Assembly: GCA_965649765.1 (NCBI GenBank)
Contig: OZ287760.1
Coordinates: forward strand, 17,298,001 to 17,362,000
Reading direction: 5' to 3'
Length of the DNA: 64,000 nucleotides
Origin: Bispira polyomma
Lineage: Eukaryota
Below are positions 48,161 through 63,315 of the stretch, piece after piece. A program made the position numbers and the translations under genes. Numbering within the stretch: position 1 is the stretch's first letter; each line of letters begins with the position of its first letter. The notes under the pieces were generated by a model, which searched no databases, was not told the DNA's origin, and was given only the letters and a program-made list of their open reading frames with translations.

Positions 48161-51020
48161 CAAACGAAATGGTATATACGGCTTTTGAATGGAATAAACT
48201 CCTGGAAGTTACCAGATATTACAAAGTAATATAATATGAAGGGCAATTTCTGTAGAATGAGTTATTCTGTGCTTCCTGACTATGTAGTTACTGCTTAGTC
48301 ATAGACAAAATTTGTAAATAGAGATATTTGGGTTGATGAAAGTCATGGTTATTACATTTCTATGTAGTGCTTCTTCTGGTGAGGTGTCATCAAAACGATA
48401 GGTAAGAATGACGAAGCAAGTTTACAAGAAGAAATGCCATTCTTCAGCTTAGCAGACCAGTTTTCAGTTCAGTTCTATTCATGTAAAGTACTCTGTTTGA
48501 TTGATGGTTCACATTTGTTAATTATGGTAATGAGGACTATTTTTGTTAATTTAGATCACATTTAATTACTTCAACAGATAAAAAACAGAATTGAATAGCA
48601 TGCTGTATATTACAGTTCACTATTATATATTGAATGGCAGATGGCTGAGACTGAGACACCCTTCTGGCCATATTAAAATGCTAATTATTGGTGACAAATA
48701 CAAACATTGCACCAGTGATGCTCATGTATAGGACTCCTTAGAGCCACTTCTGACATTTCACCATAGGCTATACATATGTATATAGGTACAATCGTTTCTG
48801 TGTCACTAAATAGATTATATGTAATTGCCTTCTTCATTATCAACACTGTCAATTCACATGCTCTAAAGTTGTAGGAACTGCTCTACACCAGTGTTAGGCA
48901 ATATATATGTTATAGAATAATTATAGAATTTTCTGACATTATTAAGATAGCAAGTCTGTCTTATACTGATATGAAGTTGTTTGGGTTTTTTTCGTATTAA
49001 ACCATGTAAAGTTTAGCAATGTGATAGCATGGCATGGGGCATGCACATTATGTCATTGAATTCTGAAAAAAAAAAAATTTAAACCCTTTAATTAATATCA
49101 CCACTTTATTTTGTAGTATTCCTCTATATGATATATTAGTTAGTTATAAATCGAATATGATTATAAGTAAGATGAGTGTGTAAGATGAGTGTGTCATATT
49201 GAATCAGACTCACACTGTATTGGAACTACTAGTCTTAATTTTTGATTGCATAGGCAAAAGTTTTTTCTCACAATGCTGTAAGCGATATTTAGCCAATTTC
49301 CACCACCCATGACCTCACAGAAGACATACAACCTCTATTGCCTGTAATTTCACTCAGGTAACATCCAACTTTCTTTTCAGGTCATTCTTTACACTTCTAA
49401 GGCTGTCCTTAACTTGGCATCAGTTAATATATTTAGTTTATGGTTGACATGCCAACCATAAAATAGCCAATGACGTTGCTGAGACGCCCATTAGCATGGG
49501 AGGGGGGGGGGGGGGGGGGGGGGCACATCAAGTGAAGAGATTCAAAATAATTATCTTTGCCAAGTTCTACTCCACAAAATATTTTCATATCAGAAATCTT
49601 TGCTGTATAGTTGTTTCTATCCACAACAAATGTCGGAAGAATGGATTTGCCATTAACATCGTGAAGGATGGGGGGCCATAAATATACCTTAGAAAACAAT
49701 TTCTGCTGACCGTAGTAAAGGGTATAGAGTTAGTGTTTTCAGCCATCCTCTAGTATGTAATCTGCTTATTGTTGTCGTCTCAGCTGAGGCTGTTGTGCCT
49801 GTGTCCTTCCAAGAATAGAACTTTTCATTCAGTGATTTGTAGCAAATAATAATATAATTCGGTATTTATATGATGCAAAATTGATTGGAATGAATCTGTT
49901 TCCAAGGATTGGGGGGGGGGGGGGGGGGCAGAAGTAGTTTCTATGTACATCCAGATGTTGTTTCATATATGGAGTTGAGTGGTTCTAGACCCGGACAAAT
50001 TCGGTGGTTTTCATCAATACAGCAGGTATGGATTTTTTTATCTTTACATTAGATTATTATTTTGATGTACTGCACTCTATTCGTCAGAGGCTGGTTTGTT
50101 TAGTATTTTAACAGAAGCATTTCAAACAGGAAGAGGTGGGGGGGGGGAATCTATGTTCTGTATATATCTGTGTTTTTTTACTTATTTGTTTTCCTCTTAT
50201 GATATTGTATTATTTAACTCATTATTATTATCACATATTCTCATCAGTCAGTTTCTTCCTTATTAACTGTTGCTTTTGCTACACATGTTTACAGAAGAAC
50301 ATATTAAATGAAAGAATTCGGAACTCTATGCAAACACATAGTAAGTAGTAAGATTAAAAAAACGAACCACCACACAAACACAGCATGTATCACTACGCCA
50401 GTCACTTGAGAACTAACTCATTTTCCAGAGCAATTGCTTGTCGAAGAAACGAATCATTTACTATAAATAAAACCATAAAGCTGTCACAAACGAATGCCGT
50501 GTATGTACATTTGCTTATTTTAAAAGATGCAGCAATATAACTTAAACATATCGTGAATGGTGCGCAAATAGTTCCTGCTTCCTAATCAATATTATCCCTC
50601 CGCCAAATTTGGGTCTGTTTTTTTTTTGTTTTTTTTGCTGTCTTGAAAAGAAGCCACAGCTGAAATATGTGTTTATTTTTCAAAGTCTCAGAAATCGACA
50701 CAGTTTAGGTTTTATAATAGAAAAAGTACACAGGGTTGTTGACAGCACAAGTCCATGTCTGTAGTATTTACAGAGATAATAAATATATACATGACTAGAC
50801 TTTTTTTGTAGTCTTGTCAATGTAAAAACATAAAAAGCTCACCCATGATTTAATAAATTCCCTACTTATTTCAAGACAAAACAAACTCCCTCTATATTGT
50901 TGTTTCTTTGTATTTTATACATTTTTTAGTTTGTTTTTAAGTATTCTTACTTGGCTGGGTTGTTTAGCATTTACACATTTGGGGCAGATACATGAATTCA
51001 ATTGATTGACTTAACATTTA

Positions 51021-51323
51021 AATACTGATAGTTTTTACATAATATATACATTTTAAAATTTATTCCTTCATGTATGTATAAACTATGTATGCTACATTTT
51101 ATTTACATGTAAATTACAAAATATGCTTCATTACTAAAATACTTGTTACGGATTAAAAATTTAAAAAAAAAACAATTTGGAAGGTTAATGTATTTGTTTT
51201 TTATAATACTGATAGTTTTTAAATAATATACACATTTTAAAATCTATTCCTTTATGTATGTATAAGCTATGTCTGCTACATTTAATTTACATGTCAATTG
51301 CAAAATATGCTTTACTACTAAAA
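51021..51323 (+). repeat. Local direct duplication of ~119 bp (period 184)
   Basis: 51021-51139 and 51205-51323 both read AATACTGATAGTTTTTA...ACTAAAA with scattered substitutions. Confidence 0.9.
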
Positions 51324-53659
51324 CGCATGTCAAAAAATATAAAAGAAAACAAAAAACAAGAAAAACATTTTTGTTGATGTAGATTTTTTTTATAAACTTG
51401 TCCAAAATATGCAATTATATTTACAATTATACATATATATATATATATATTTGTGTTATACATGACACTTTGGTCCAGAATTTAGGAATTTTATGCATGT
51501 GTATATTCATTTAAATTTGAAATGATTCTTTTTTTGTTTGTTTGTTAGCTGTAGATACTTGACTTATGATAACACTACACTAGCTTATGCAAGAGGTACA
51601 ACTTACAAAATGAGTATCATTGATACAGATGTAGGTATACAGCATTTATTCTCTATCTCAGAGATTATTTCCTGTTTCCCATTTTAAGGTTGTTGTCTGT
51701 TTTCCCTTGTGAACTGGTGTAAATCATTATTAAATTATCTGTACACATATACACTAACTGGAGAGTTTTATTGTTGGGATATAGTTTGTATGTAAATGAG
51801 TGAGTTTTTCTTGAGTTGGTGGCCTTATAGAAGTAACTTATAGTCATGTGTAATGTTACAGTAAGAATTAATGCAATAATTATTGCAGTGGATTGCAGAC
51901 ATCACATCTGGTTGTCTTCGTGATATCTCGTTATTTTAGAGTAAGCTAAAATGCCAAGCATACATCTGCATGTCTAACATCTATATTACCACTTCAACCA
52001 CATATATAAATATACATGTAAATCCGAAAGTAGATAGCAATAATAATATGATAATTTTTATTCTTGTAAACATGAAACGTGATACAGAGAAAAAAAGAAA
52101 TGATAAACACAATTTATAATTTCAACAGAGAAGTAGAGAAACACATTTGACAAACACAAATTACAATTTAAATAGAAGAAAACATTTTAAGACTAAACAT
52201 TATTATTATTTGGTACAGACACAGGAGATCATTTCAGTTATCTCCAGACAAAGTAAGCATAGTGCCCTTTGAATCTCTAACACAGAACATAAATCTACAA
52301 TATTTCCAGCAATTTTGACATGTTCTTACTCATTGAACTGAGAACTTAAAGTAATGGATATAAAGACTGAATTTGAATCAATAAAACCTAACTGATCCTT
52401 CCTGAGGTTTATATTAATAACCTAGTCTATTTATATTATTACATAAGCTTGAACTACTACCATCTAATGCTGAGAACATACAAGTGCAGACACATTGTCA
52501 CTTTTTGGAACACTCTGTAAAGTATGGCTGTAAAGACATTTTAAATGTGTTTTATATACATATCTCCCTGTCACACACAATACCCATATTATTGGGATTA
52601 GTTTTTCTTTTTCAAAACCAAAGTAACATTCCAACAAACACTGTCTTCTAATTGTGCGAAGTAAAACAAAGCCAAAAATCATCTTTTCAGACAAAAAAGA
52701 AATGGTGGTTGTAAGCTTTTTGTTTGGGAGTATATGTAAAAATGGCTGTCTTGAGGCTCACTGCTACATCTCACAGACTGGTTATCACAACAACCAAACT
52801 ACTGCAGCTGTCTGTTGATAACAAACATTTCACTCTTTCTTCACTATGTTGTGGTTTCTCTAGCAACCAAAAGTCTAAAAATGTTTTAACAAATACGAAA
52901 TATTAATGGTTTAGCTGTATATAATATATGTAGTACCGTGCACATAAATTGCATTGTGTATTTTGTCATATATACAAAGTACCCACTACATTTGCATTCA
53001 ATATATATTTGTATATACAAAATACTTTCTGACAATTGAACTAGCTACAGATGCATTTATTGTTATGTGTTGATTTGTGGAATAATATGTATTATTTGTA
53101 GACTGCCTATCTATTTTATAAAATATGTCTTTAACCTAATTTATGAGTCGCACAAGATGTTTCTTTTTACATAAAAGTGTAAAAAATCTATTGTAAAAAA
53201 ATGTCTAGTATTTGAAACAATTAAAATTTTTGTGTTGATTTAAGCCATTGTGCTTTAAACTTAATAAGTATAGTTTAATAAATTATAAATAAGGAGAAAC
53301 ATTTATATCATAAAAAATAACAGTTTTTTGTAGTTCTCAAAAAAAAAAATTACCTTTCAAAAAAACCAAACCACAATAAATATTTCTTTTAGGGTTGAGT
53401 GGATATATGAAACCGTATCAACTTGTAAAAAGAAGAAGCAATTTGTCTTTCGATAATATATTTTTTAAACTTTAAATTCACTTTCAATTAAAAAACCGAT
53501 TAATCTGTGTCTTCTATTTTTGGAACATAATCTGCAAAAGAACATGAAATATGTATAATGATAGGGCAAAAAGGATAATGGAATGAGAGGTTGCAAAATA
53601 GGTAAACAGTATTCTTGCACTTTACAGATCATGTAAATGGGTTTAGGAAAAAAAACTTG

Positions 53660-53838
53660 AAACCTATCTCTTCAACCTCTACACCCCTTAGTTACCTGTG
53701 TACACGCCCGACATCCTTCCTTATGACTTGACAATGGTTTTTTTGGACTTCTCGATTGGTTAATTGATTCTGTTGTTCCTCTTTAGAAAGTGCCTTGCAT
53801 CAATAAGGTGCCTAAAAATGCAAAGTACAATACAATAT
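53660..53838 (+). mobile_element. L2-like LINE 3' UTR fragment
   Basis: Same family as 45960-46130, with a TACAA-repeat tail. Confidence 0.65.
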
Positions 53839-55751
53839 AAAACAAATTGTTTGATTATTTTCAGAAGAGTCTTTTATGTAAACTTCTTGTTACACAAACA
53901 CTAAATTATTCGATGTCATAACTTCGGACTGGTCACACAACCGAGTTAAATTTATCAAACTATTCTACTGTTCTAGTATCGCTGTGTTGTATTATATTAA
54001 ATATCTTCAGCAACTGGAAAATTATATGATGTTTTATTGTGAACAAAACTGTCTGCATTCAAACAAACAATCAGCATTTTTTTTATTCTCTTTTGGTCAA
54101 TACAACCTACTTCAAAGTGTAAATACACACAGTCTTCTAACAAATTGTTTCTTGCATACATTTTAGTATTTTATGTTGTCACGTGACTGATTCGAATTGC
54201 AACGTCAATGTAAAATGTCAGTATAACACCAAATGATGTACAGTATATATACAAGTCAGCCACATATAGCTTATTTTTGTATTTCACTATTTGTGTTCAG
54301 TTTCAGATCCACTAGTGTGTTTATCTATACCAGTTTCTTACGACACAATTACATGTCAAATAATGTAAATATATATCTCTGGTTAATGTAACTTTATTTT
54401 TTGTACAATATGCATATTCACAATATTTAATCATTAATTGTTTTGGGTTTGGGAAAGTATGGACAATTTGGAATATACTGATATAGTACTGACATCATAT
54501 ATTTTATCCTAGTAAACCACAGATTACAGAAAGAAATTTCAGACAATTTTACAAGTATAATTGGCCTATTTTTGCCCTGGATAATAAGGTTTGCATAACT
54601 GTCTCAGAAGGAATTACACATCTATGTTATCTAAGCTTCCAAACACCTCATTTTATAATAAATTTTGCATATGTGTATACCCCAATATTGAATTGGTATG
54701 CAAAAATATAAATATATAATAATAAAGTTTACATGTTGATTGATATTTTTACCTTTCTATCCATGGAGCTTACTGTATTTGGAGAAAATCAGTGCATTTA
54801 GTTTTGGTTTCTCATCAATGTCTTTATATTTAAAACACCGAATGCCATGTCCCATACATTACTGTATTACACTAATTAACAATATTATACATGTTAGGCT
54901 TTTCTTATAAATAGTATACCTGTTGTTCAGTTTGTAAGGTGTCATACATATCTGATTCTACTTCTCTGCATATTTAAAACCCTCAGACCCTTTTAAAACT
55001 ATTTGAAAGAAAAATATTTTAAGCGAGACTTGTTTATTATTTTAAATGATTTGCATATCTTGATAATTCTTGGACAGGATTACTTGATCTAGTCGCTGTG
55101 ATATGGTGCTAAATAAATTCAAAATATTGATATGTTCTTGAGCTCTATTTTGGTCTGATATTGTCGGTTAGGAAATGGCTAGTGGCCCAAGAGAAGATAT
55201 CCAGCAAATCTGTTTGATTTTGTAATGACTGTTGTTTTGTGCACTGTTAACTTGTTAACCATATCTTTACATTTAGGTGTCAATTAATATTTGTGTTCCA
55301 ATCTCTGCTAGTATTTATTTATCTTCCCTTTTTGACATATATGTATGCATATATATTACTTTTACTCCATTGACTGAGCCTGAATTTTACTGAACATTAT
55401 TTCTGATTCATCACATTTTATTTAGCATTTACTTCAATTATATTGGATTAACACTGTCATTGATTGTGGGTGCTATCCAGCTTAAACTTCAAACAGTCAT
55501 TTGTTCATATTTGTAAAACGATGAATCAATAGACCAGTATTGGTATCTGTGTGGTGAATTCTTTTGATGTTTCGTCGTTTCAAACATCCTGAAAATGTGG
55601 CCTTGGCTTAGTCCATAGTGCTGCATTTATTTTATGACTTAAGTGTTGGTAACCTGATCAAAAGTTACATTGCTTTGTCATTTTTCATTACAGATTTAAC
55701 AAAAAGATGAAATAATAAGAGATATGAAGAAATATATTAATGCACATCTGG

Positions 55752-55795
<44 letters not shown>

Positions 55796-57751
55796 GGGAA
55801 ACAGATAAAACTAAAAGATCTGCAAAAGTAGCAACCAAGGAAAAACTCCCATCATTTCAAGAAATTATTTCTACATTTTTGAAACACAATATAGAAATTC
55901 AGTTTCTGGAATTTTTTTGAATTTTTGGCAAAGCTGCAATATGTGTCTTTAGACAATAGTTATTGAGTGAGAGGGACCAAAAGTATTATCTCTATAACTC
56001 CAGGAGATACCAGTGCATGTTGCAACTATTAACCAAGAAATAGGGACTGCCTGGGATGTGTATTTCAGTTGGTCTCGCATGTAATTTTTGGAAGAGGGTA
56101 TTTTTTTTTAAATCTCGGTATATATTACCAATAAAACTGCTTCGGTATTTCCGTGACACAAATCAGTTCAAAGTCCACACATATAAATGAATATACAATC
56201 AACTCTGGGAAAATAAATACTTCAATGAAATATCAGTTAAATTTCACACACATACATATATATAAAAAAGGTCTTTTTAAAAATATGAATATAAGCTTTG
56301 GTAACATGAGATATTCCGATAGTATAAGCACTGTTTGCTATTTACTTAAATCCCGTTTTTGCCTCTTTCTAGCATAACATGGACCTCCATTTTATTTATG
56401 TTTTGTTTTGTTTTTATATAATATGCTACACATAAAAAAAAAAACAAAAAAAAAACAAAAAACAACTGGGACATTTGTTTGAAGCCAATGATGTAATAAA
56501 CTGTCGTTTATATGCCCTGACGAGTTATATATTGCCCTCAGAAACCATAACTCCTTGAGTACTGTACTAGCCCGGATGTAACAGAATCCAGTGAATACTG
56601 ATGCAATATACTTTCTAATTTCTGTCAGTCAGTTCTGGTGTACTTAGGATACTAGCTCTGTGTGAAATCATGTTAGTATATATTAATACTTATAGGGTTA
56701 TGAGTTATATTGTGGGTTTGTTTTTTTCAAAGCACGAACAAAACATTAGGATATACCTATAACATTTAGGATATAATTACATTTTAAAAATATCAGTTTG
56801 AATGCTGTGCTATTCACTTATGTTGGTCTGTATATAGTTTTTGTTTGTCGTTGTAAATTAAACTTTTTCTTATTTTTTTCTCTCTATACAGAAACGTTAA
56901 GCTTATACCTGTACAAAGGCCACTAAAAAGAATATTTATCTAATTAAACCATGTTTTTTTTTCTTCCTATAATGCTGTTTTGTGATGGGGAAGAATTTTC
57001 CTGATTATTTCTGCATTACTTTTTTTTACATATATTTACTTTGTCATGTCTTTCTTCAGTTTTTCTGAGTGACACCTCATTCTCTTTCGTCAGTAGAAAT
57101 GTGCATTTTGTATTCCAAGTATTGGGAACCAGATAGATAATAGTCTTACTCACATTTTGTATTTGTGCATATGTAAAATTTGGGCATTACAAAAAGAAAG
57201 GCAATGTTTCAAATGTAAGGAGACCTTGTAAGTAAAATATAGGCATTCATTATTGAGGTAATTCTCAAAATGTAATTACAAACAAGGTTAAATGATATGT
57301 TTGTATTTATTTCCCTAAGTGTCTCACATAAGAAAACGTACATCGATGGTACAATATCAACAAACCTCAAATGTAGGGTTACTCCTTTGGATATTTGGGG
57401 AGTCAGTATAGTGTTGCAAATCGCCACTTGGCGGCGCTCCATAACGGGGAGAGGTTATTGATGATTTCCGCCATCTTTGTTTTTATAAGAAAGCATAAAC
57501 ATCTCAAGGTTTCATTGTGGTTCAGAAAGTCGCCAATAATTTACTGACTTCTCTTTACACAAGTTGTTATATGTAAGACGGAAATCTGGACTTCTAGAAA
57601 TCTACAATATATCCCTTGACACATATAATCCTACAGTTTGCATTAAGTTTGATCTATTTTATGGGCATATCTACTATTAGAACTGTTACTTTAGGGTCCT
57701 TTAAGATATGTATGTATGCATGGTCTTTAAGAGGCTGGTTATATGCAGTTG

Positions 57752-57782
<31 letters not shown>

Positions 57783-58024
57783 CTATAAAGAGGTTGTTGA
57801 CAGAGTTTGGTTAAGACCAATACTTTTAAAATTGTTGGTTATAGTGAATACAACAGCATGTTTGCTGTTAATGATGCTGGTTCCTACTGAGCAATGGAAG
57901 GAGCATCCTTGGCATAACTTTTTTTCACTGTCCACGTTCTTCGGTTGAGCTCTATTTTGTTCCCCTTTCGAATGTATATGTGAATTAAGTGTTGTTTTTT
58001 ACATGTTCCATTTTAAACATTAAG

Positions 58025-58150
58025 GCCCATCTCTTCATCCTTTGCTTACCCTTCATAGGTTTTTGATTTTAACAAGTTTGTCAATAATGTTGCGCTTTAG
58101 AATATGCCTCGCATCAATTAGGCGCATTATAAAAATCCATTATACTATTT
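58025..58150 (+). mobile_element. Degenerate L2-like 3' tail
   Basis: GTTGCGCTTTAGAATATGCCTCGCATCAATTAGGCGCATTATAAAAAT matches the family tail. Confidence 0.5.
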
Positions 58151-58319
58151 TGATAAGGCAATACAAAATTTAAACTATAAGGACGAATTTAGTGGCTGTG
58201 TGGATTAATGTGTTATTTTAAATAAGCGACATCATTTTGTGAATCATATTATCATGTAAGAGAAGTTGATGTTAAAATGTAAAAAAAAAACACAGAAAGG
58301 CTGGAAATTGATGAAAATT

Positions 58320-58830
58320 TGCTTTTGATTAATTCATTAGGCCCTTTTTAGCCCCCTTTTCACTGGGGAGGCCTGTAGGTTTTCTTTGCATTAACCAACT
58401 ATATGACCTTTTTTTCTTCATTATGACAGGCTGGCAGATATGTCTTTGCCTTTCATCCCCCTGCCATAAGTTAATTACAAAGTGTGAAGATGACATTAGA
58501 AAATAAGGGGGAGATACCTTCTAGAGCCCCTCATTGGATGTTTTAAAAACCCCTGGCTAAGCACATATATCCCGGACTTTCAAGATATTCCATGTAATTT
58601 AGCTAGTTCCGCCTCCCATAAAACTCGCTGGGCATATGGTGCATTTCCATTTAGGAGGCCAAATGAAAGGTAAATTAGATCGATTGGTATTCCAGGTCTA
58701 AATGCCCATTTATCATGATTTCTTCAATAAAGTCTCGAAAATGGCCAGGGAATCAGCAGGCCATAAGCTCAGAGCAAGGTCACCGCCATTAACTGGGCTA
58801 AAGGCGGGGAATGCCAAGTAGAGGTGGCAG
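58320..58830. promoter_or_regulatory. Candidate Hox/TALE-responsive enhancer
   Basis: Locally GC-richer, non-repetitive block dense in TAAT/ATTA, CCATAA(A), CAATAAA and TTATGACAG motifs. Confidence 0.4.
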
Positions 58831-60069
58831 TTTTGCCGGGAAGCAGACGACACTTTACCCCTCCACAGGAAGCTCACCGGCGGAAGTCTTGGTGGCCATG
58901 GTGATTTTTCTGAAACACACAAAACAAAACCCCAGTGAAAACAAGTTATCACCAGAATATTTATATTTATGGAGCTCTTCCTACACGTTTGAAGTTTTGT
59001 TGCAAATTTGCAAATATTCTTTTTTTGGAAGATGTTTTATGATACTTAATGCCAGATCTGAACAATGCTTGTAAATACAAAATTTAAAAAAAAATGGTTA
59101 CAAATTGGTCAGCAAAAAGGAATGACATTTAAAAATTAAGATGAAGGTTTTCCTGTGTTGTGAATATATACCATGCATAATGACATATATAAGTTATTTA
59201 CTTAGTTGTACTAAAGGTTATACGAAAGTGATTTGTACTGGGGGTGGTGTATTGACATATTTGAACTTTTTACCTTCACACTTAATGCCAACATGTCACA
59301 TTCTCATAGAATTATGTATACATGTGGCACATACATATATATAGAGAGAGATTAAGTTGTGTAGAATGGATCCAATATTCTAATATACTAATATCACAGC
59401 AATTGCCCAGTAAAGCAAACCTTAATCAGGAAAAAGACATCATATGTGTTATTAACTTCTCATAACTGTTGATTGGTACTGAATCAAATATATTCCTGGC
59501 ATATTTGACTATGACTGGGCAAGTCATCTGAAAGTGTGAAATGTCTTTGGCTATAATGACTGTGACAGTAAATTTAAACTATCATGACTCGGAGCTTTTC
59601 TGTCTCATTTTCCAGATTATACATGGCTATTGACTGGCTAAACCTTTTCTGACACGGTTAAATGTCAGTGGGTAATGATTCAAAGTCAAGTCAAACTGTT
59701 ATGCACTGGAGGGCTGCTTTTATTATTGTAATCATTATATTTGCTGTACATTTGATTTGTTTATAAGACACAACTGTTCCTAACTTCATGCAGTTATGAA
59801 TATTTCAGTTTACAGTTTTGATATCATTGCTTTTAAGATGTTTAAGACTATTCTCAAATATTGATAGGTCTTACTTAGTTTAGTTTGGGTTTAATATTCA
59901 CAAGTAAAAATCATAGCATGTTAGTTGGTTTCCTGCTCTACCATGGACCAACCTTCTGGAGGTCAACTGCAAACTTCCCCGCTTACGCGCCAGGTATGTG
60001 CTTCAAACCATGCAGCGACTGCAGAGATGGGAGCCAAGTGTGGTACCACTACATCACTGAGGTCCCCAG

Positions 60070-60320
60070 AATTATTATTATTGTTTTATCATTATTATGC
60101 ATTTCTTTGCCAGCCATCTCCTAAATTGCAACAGCAGAATCAGTGATCCAATCGTATGATCCATGGACATAGCAAGGTCACAATGAAGGATGTAAGGGTG
60201 TACAGGAGGGAAACTACGGGGAGAATGGCAAGTTAAAAAGGTGGTTTTAATCTTTTTTCTAGTGTGGTCGACTGGAAGACTGTTCCATAACAAGGGACCT
60301 GCAATGGAGAAAGCTCTAAC
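60070..60320 (-). mobile_element. L2-clade LINE 3' fragment including ORF2 C-terminus
   Basis: Minus-strand translation RAFSIAGPLLWNSLP...KKIKT resembles the conserved C-terminal motif of L2 ORF2, followed by the shared 3' UTR and an (AAT)n tail. Confidence 0.75.
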
Positions 60321-61191
60321 AAATTTCAATTTATGTAACAGTATTATATCATTATGTCTCTTTCACATGTGTACTTCCTGTTATGATATTATAAGACCAT
60401 TGTCAATTGCTCTAAACAGATTAGATAAGATAATGGCCTGTAATCATATGTGGCGGTGCGTCCTTTAGTATGTGCCCATTTTATGCCAAGAGCTGTTCAC
60501 ATGGCGTACTTTGGCCCTCCTAGTTGAAGCTTTTACCTGAAGTGGTTATTTACCTAATGTCTGACATCTAGGGAATGCCTGTGCTGCTATGTCATCTCTT
60601 GTATTAAAGCTTGACCCCCAACACTTCAGCAGCTTTGAAGTATGTTGAGAGTTTCCTCAACATATAACCTCAATTTGTCTTCGAGACATATTAATTGTTT
60701 TATTTAGTATCAGCATCAGTACACATTAAGTGTATTGACAAATGGTGTTTCAAAGCCAAATTTTGTACATTACTTATATTAGTTACATTTGATATGGCTT
60801 TAAGTACATTTTAAGGACAAGTTTGAGGAGCTTTGTTATCATTCAGGTAACATATTAATCTATGTCAGACAAATCTATGTATCATACTGCATTCTACCTA
60901 TAAGTACTTTAACAGTGTGCTTCACATATCTTTGGTATTTGTCTACTTAACTATTTACAAATGCCCTGGAAATAGCCAAAATATTGCATAGTTTTGTAGA
61001 ATGCATTGCTAATTTGTATCATATCTCGTGCAAATAAACCAATTCTATGCCAAACAGTGCGAAAAAAATGCGACTGTGAAATGTGCCTTCATGTTTTTGC
61101 TCAATTTGGGTATACCAAAATGCAAAACAACTTTCTTACATTTTGACAACAGCTTAACTATTTGTAAAAAAAAACTAAAGTAAAATATTAA

Positions 61192-61854
61192 AAGTGTATG
61201 TTTCCATGGCGGCAATTGCCGATGGGCAATCAGGCAACGGCCGACGGCAATTATGTGGTCTCTGTGGCCTAATCGTTAGAGTGTCGGACTTTGGATCTCA
61301 GGTATCTTGAGAGCCAGGGTTCGATCCTCGCCTGCAGGCTTGGAGATTGTACCTTTGGAGAAGGTGCTTTACACAAAAGTTGTCCCTCTCTACCCAGGTG
61401 TATAAATGAATACGTGGCTGCTATTGGGTGTTAGTCTTTGTGCGCTGCATGTGGCAGCATGACTAGTATCCTTCCTGAGGGAGCTGAGACTGAAAAATTG
61501 GTTGACAAGTGAAAGAACCCAGGCTGGGGGTGTAAATTGTAAAGTCGGCTGAGACCTCAATAGTTGTGATATCAGACTATAAACCTGCACACATTTACAT
61601 TATCAATTTGTTATGTAATATTTAAAAAAAAACTTGATACCTGTGTTTAAACTTAAGACTGCTAACAAGGCAATGAGCAATGTCAGGCGATTTTTGCGCT
61701 CATGGTACCGGAAAAAATCACCTGGCATTGTCTATCGACTATCGGCGTTGCTCACATGAAAACACTTGATTTTTAATCTATGAAACTGATACAATCGCCG
61801 TCGGCCGTCCCCTTGATCGCCTCAGAAAGTTGCCTACATGGAAATACTCACTTA
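61192..61854. mobile_element. MITE family M1, copy 2 (interrupted by a CORE-like SINE)
   Basis: TIRs AAGTGTATGTTTCCATG / CATGGAAATACTCACTT; inverted homologue of 18344-18717. Confidence 0.75.
61257..61601 (+). mobile_element. CORE-like SINE, copy 3 (full length)
   Basis: A-box-like TGGCCTAATCG, B-box GGTTCGATCC, CORE-like domain and tail GATATCAGACTATAAACCTGCACACATTTAC. Confidence 0.88.
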
Positions 61855-63275
61855 CAGGGCTTACAGGAGCCCAAAGTTGACAAGTTTAAAGGTTACCTAG
61901 AGATGCTTGCTGACAGAAATGATATGGATGAAAATCCATAGTAGGAGGCTCCTATTATATGTATATCTACTGACGCATAGAGGTTCAGTTACCAGAAGGA
62001 CTTGTATACCGCTGACAGTAGATTATTAAACAACCATTTCAAATATTTAGAAATGTAATTTTTTGTCTTATCATCTAAAATCACATGTTTTGGAGACTGA
62101 CGACTTCTTGGGAGACTGACAACCTTTTTTTCTTGTTCATGATGAACTGTTAATTTGTGTTAGTAAATGCAGCAACTCTACCAAACCTAAATATATTTCT
62201 ACAACCAGAAAGGAAACTTTGGGATTTTTAAGCCATATGTATTAAGTATTCTGCTTGTGTGGGTCTGCAGTGGGGGGGAAGGAGGGGGGAGGGGTAGGGT
62301 ATGCTTTGTGGACCTTTATCTCTCACTGGCAGAATATAATGGCTCCCTGTATGCGGGGTGATATCAGCTGTAGCCGCCTGTTATCACAAACATACTCAAG
62401 CACTGTGCCACATTCAATGTATACACACTTCATTTTGGTCAATCTTGGCACACCCCAACAGAGTGGAAACACACGGTTTGGTTGGCCAGGCCCATAGTTC
62501 AGCTCATATGTGAATTAGAAAATTTCACCAAACATTTGCCATTCTTCACTGGTGTTTTAGTTAAGGCTAAGAGCCATAATATATCCCACTGCCTTCAGCC
62601 CAAGATGCCCCTTTTGTACCAGAAAGATTTGATTTTACCATAATACTCTTTTATGGGGGCCACTTTGTGGTTAATAATATCAACCAATGTCTTTACACAT
62701 TGTAATAACGACAAAGGCAATGTTATCATGTTAATATGCACAATGTGTAATTAAGACAAGGCCAATGTTAATGTACATATAGATGAACTGTCTTTTGTGA
62801 GTTCTGTTTTTGTTGCAGCATTTTAAGGTTAACTTGGATATCTAGTTCAGAGCTATAAACTCAACAACAGCAAAAAACATTCCAGCAGCAAAGGCAGAGA
62901 TAAAGAACAAATTAATGAAGCTTTCCCTTTTGTCTACATTTTTCATCCCTGGCTTTTCTGCGTGATATGAATGCAGATCTTCTCTCTCTCTCTCTCTCTC
63001 CCCCTCTGCCTCCCTATCAGCACCATCACTAGAGGGAACAAATGGAGGCAGAGTGTTTGCAATTAAGGCCCAAAAGTGGGAAGGTTTTTTTTGCAGCTTA
63101 TGTTGCAGCTTACAGACCCTAACTGAATTCCAGTTCAGGAACCTTAATGGGATAATTAGTTGGGGCTGATAATACAAAAGCTCTCCCCTTTTTTCCAAAT
63201 GAGGTGATATTTTGAATTTATTACCTCTGTGTGGAAACAGCATTTTAAAAGGGTATATATTCTGGGTTTCTTACA

Positions 63276-63315
<40 letters not shown>

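Noticed and set aside
53913-54207. Degenerate inverted repeat, and a Tc1-like end near 29120-29140
   Set aside because: Matches are too weak, or lack a partner end, to call an element.
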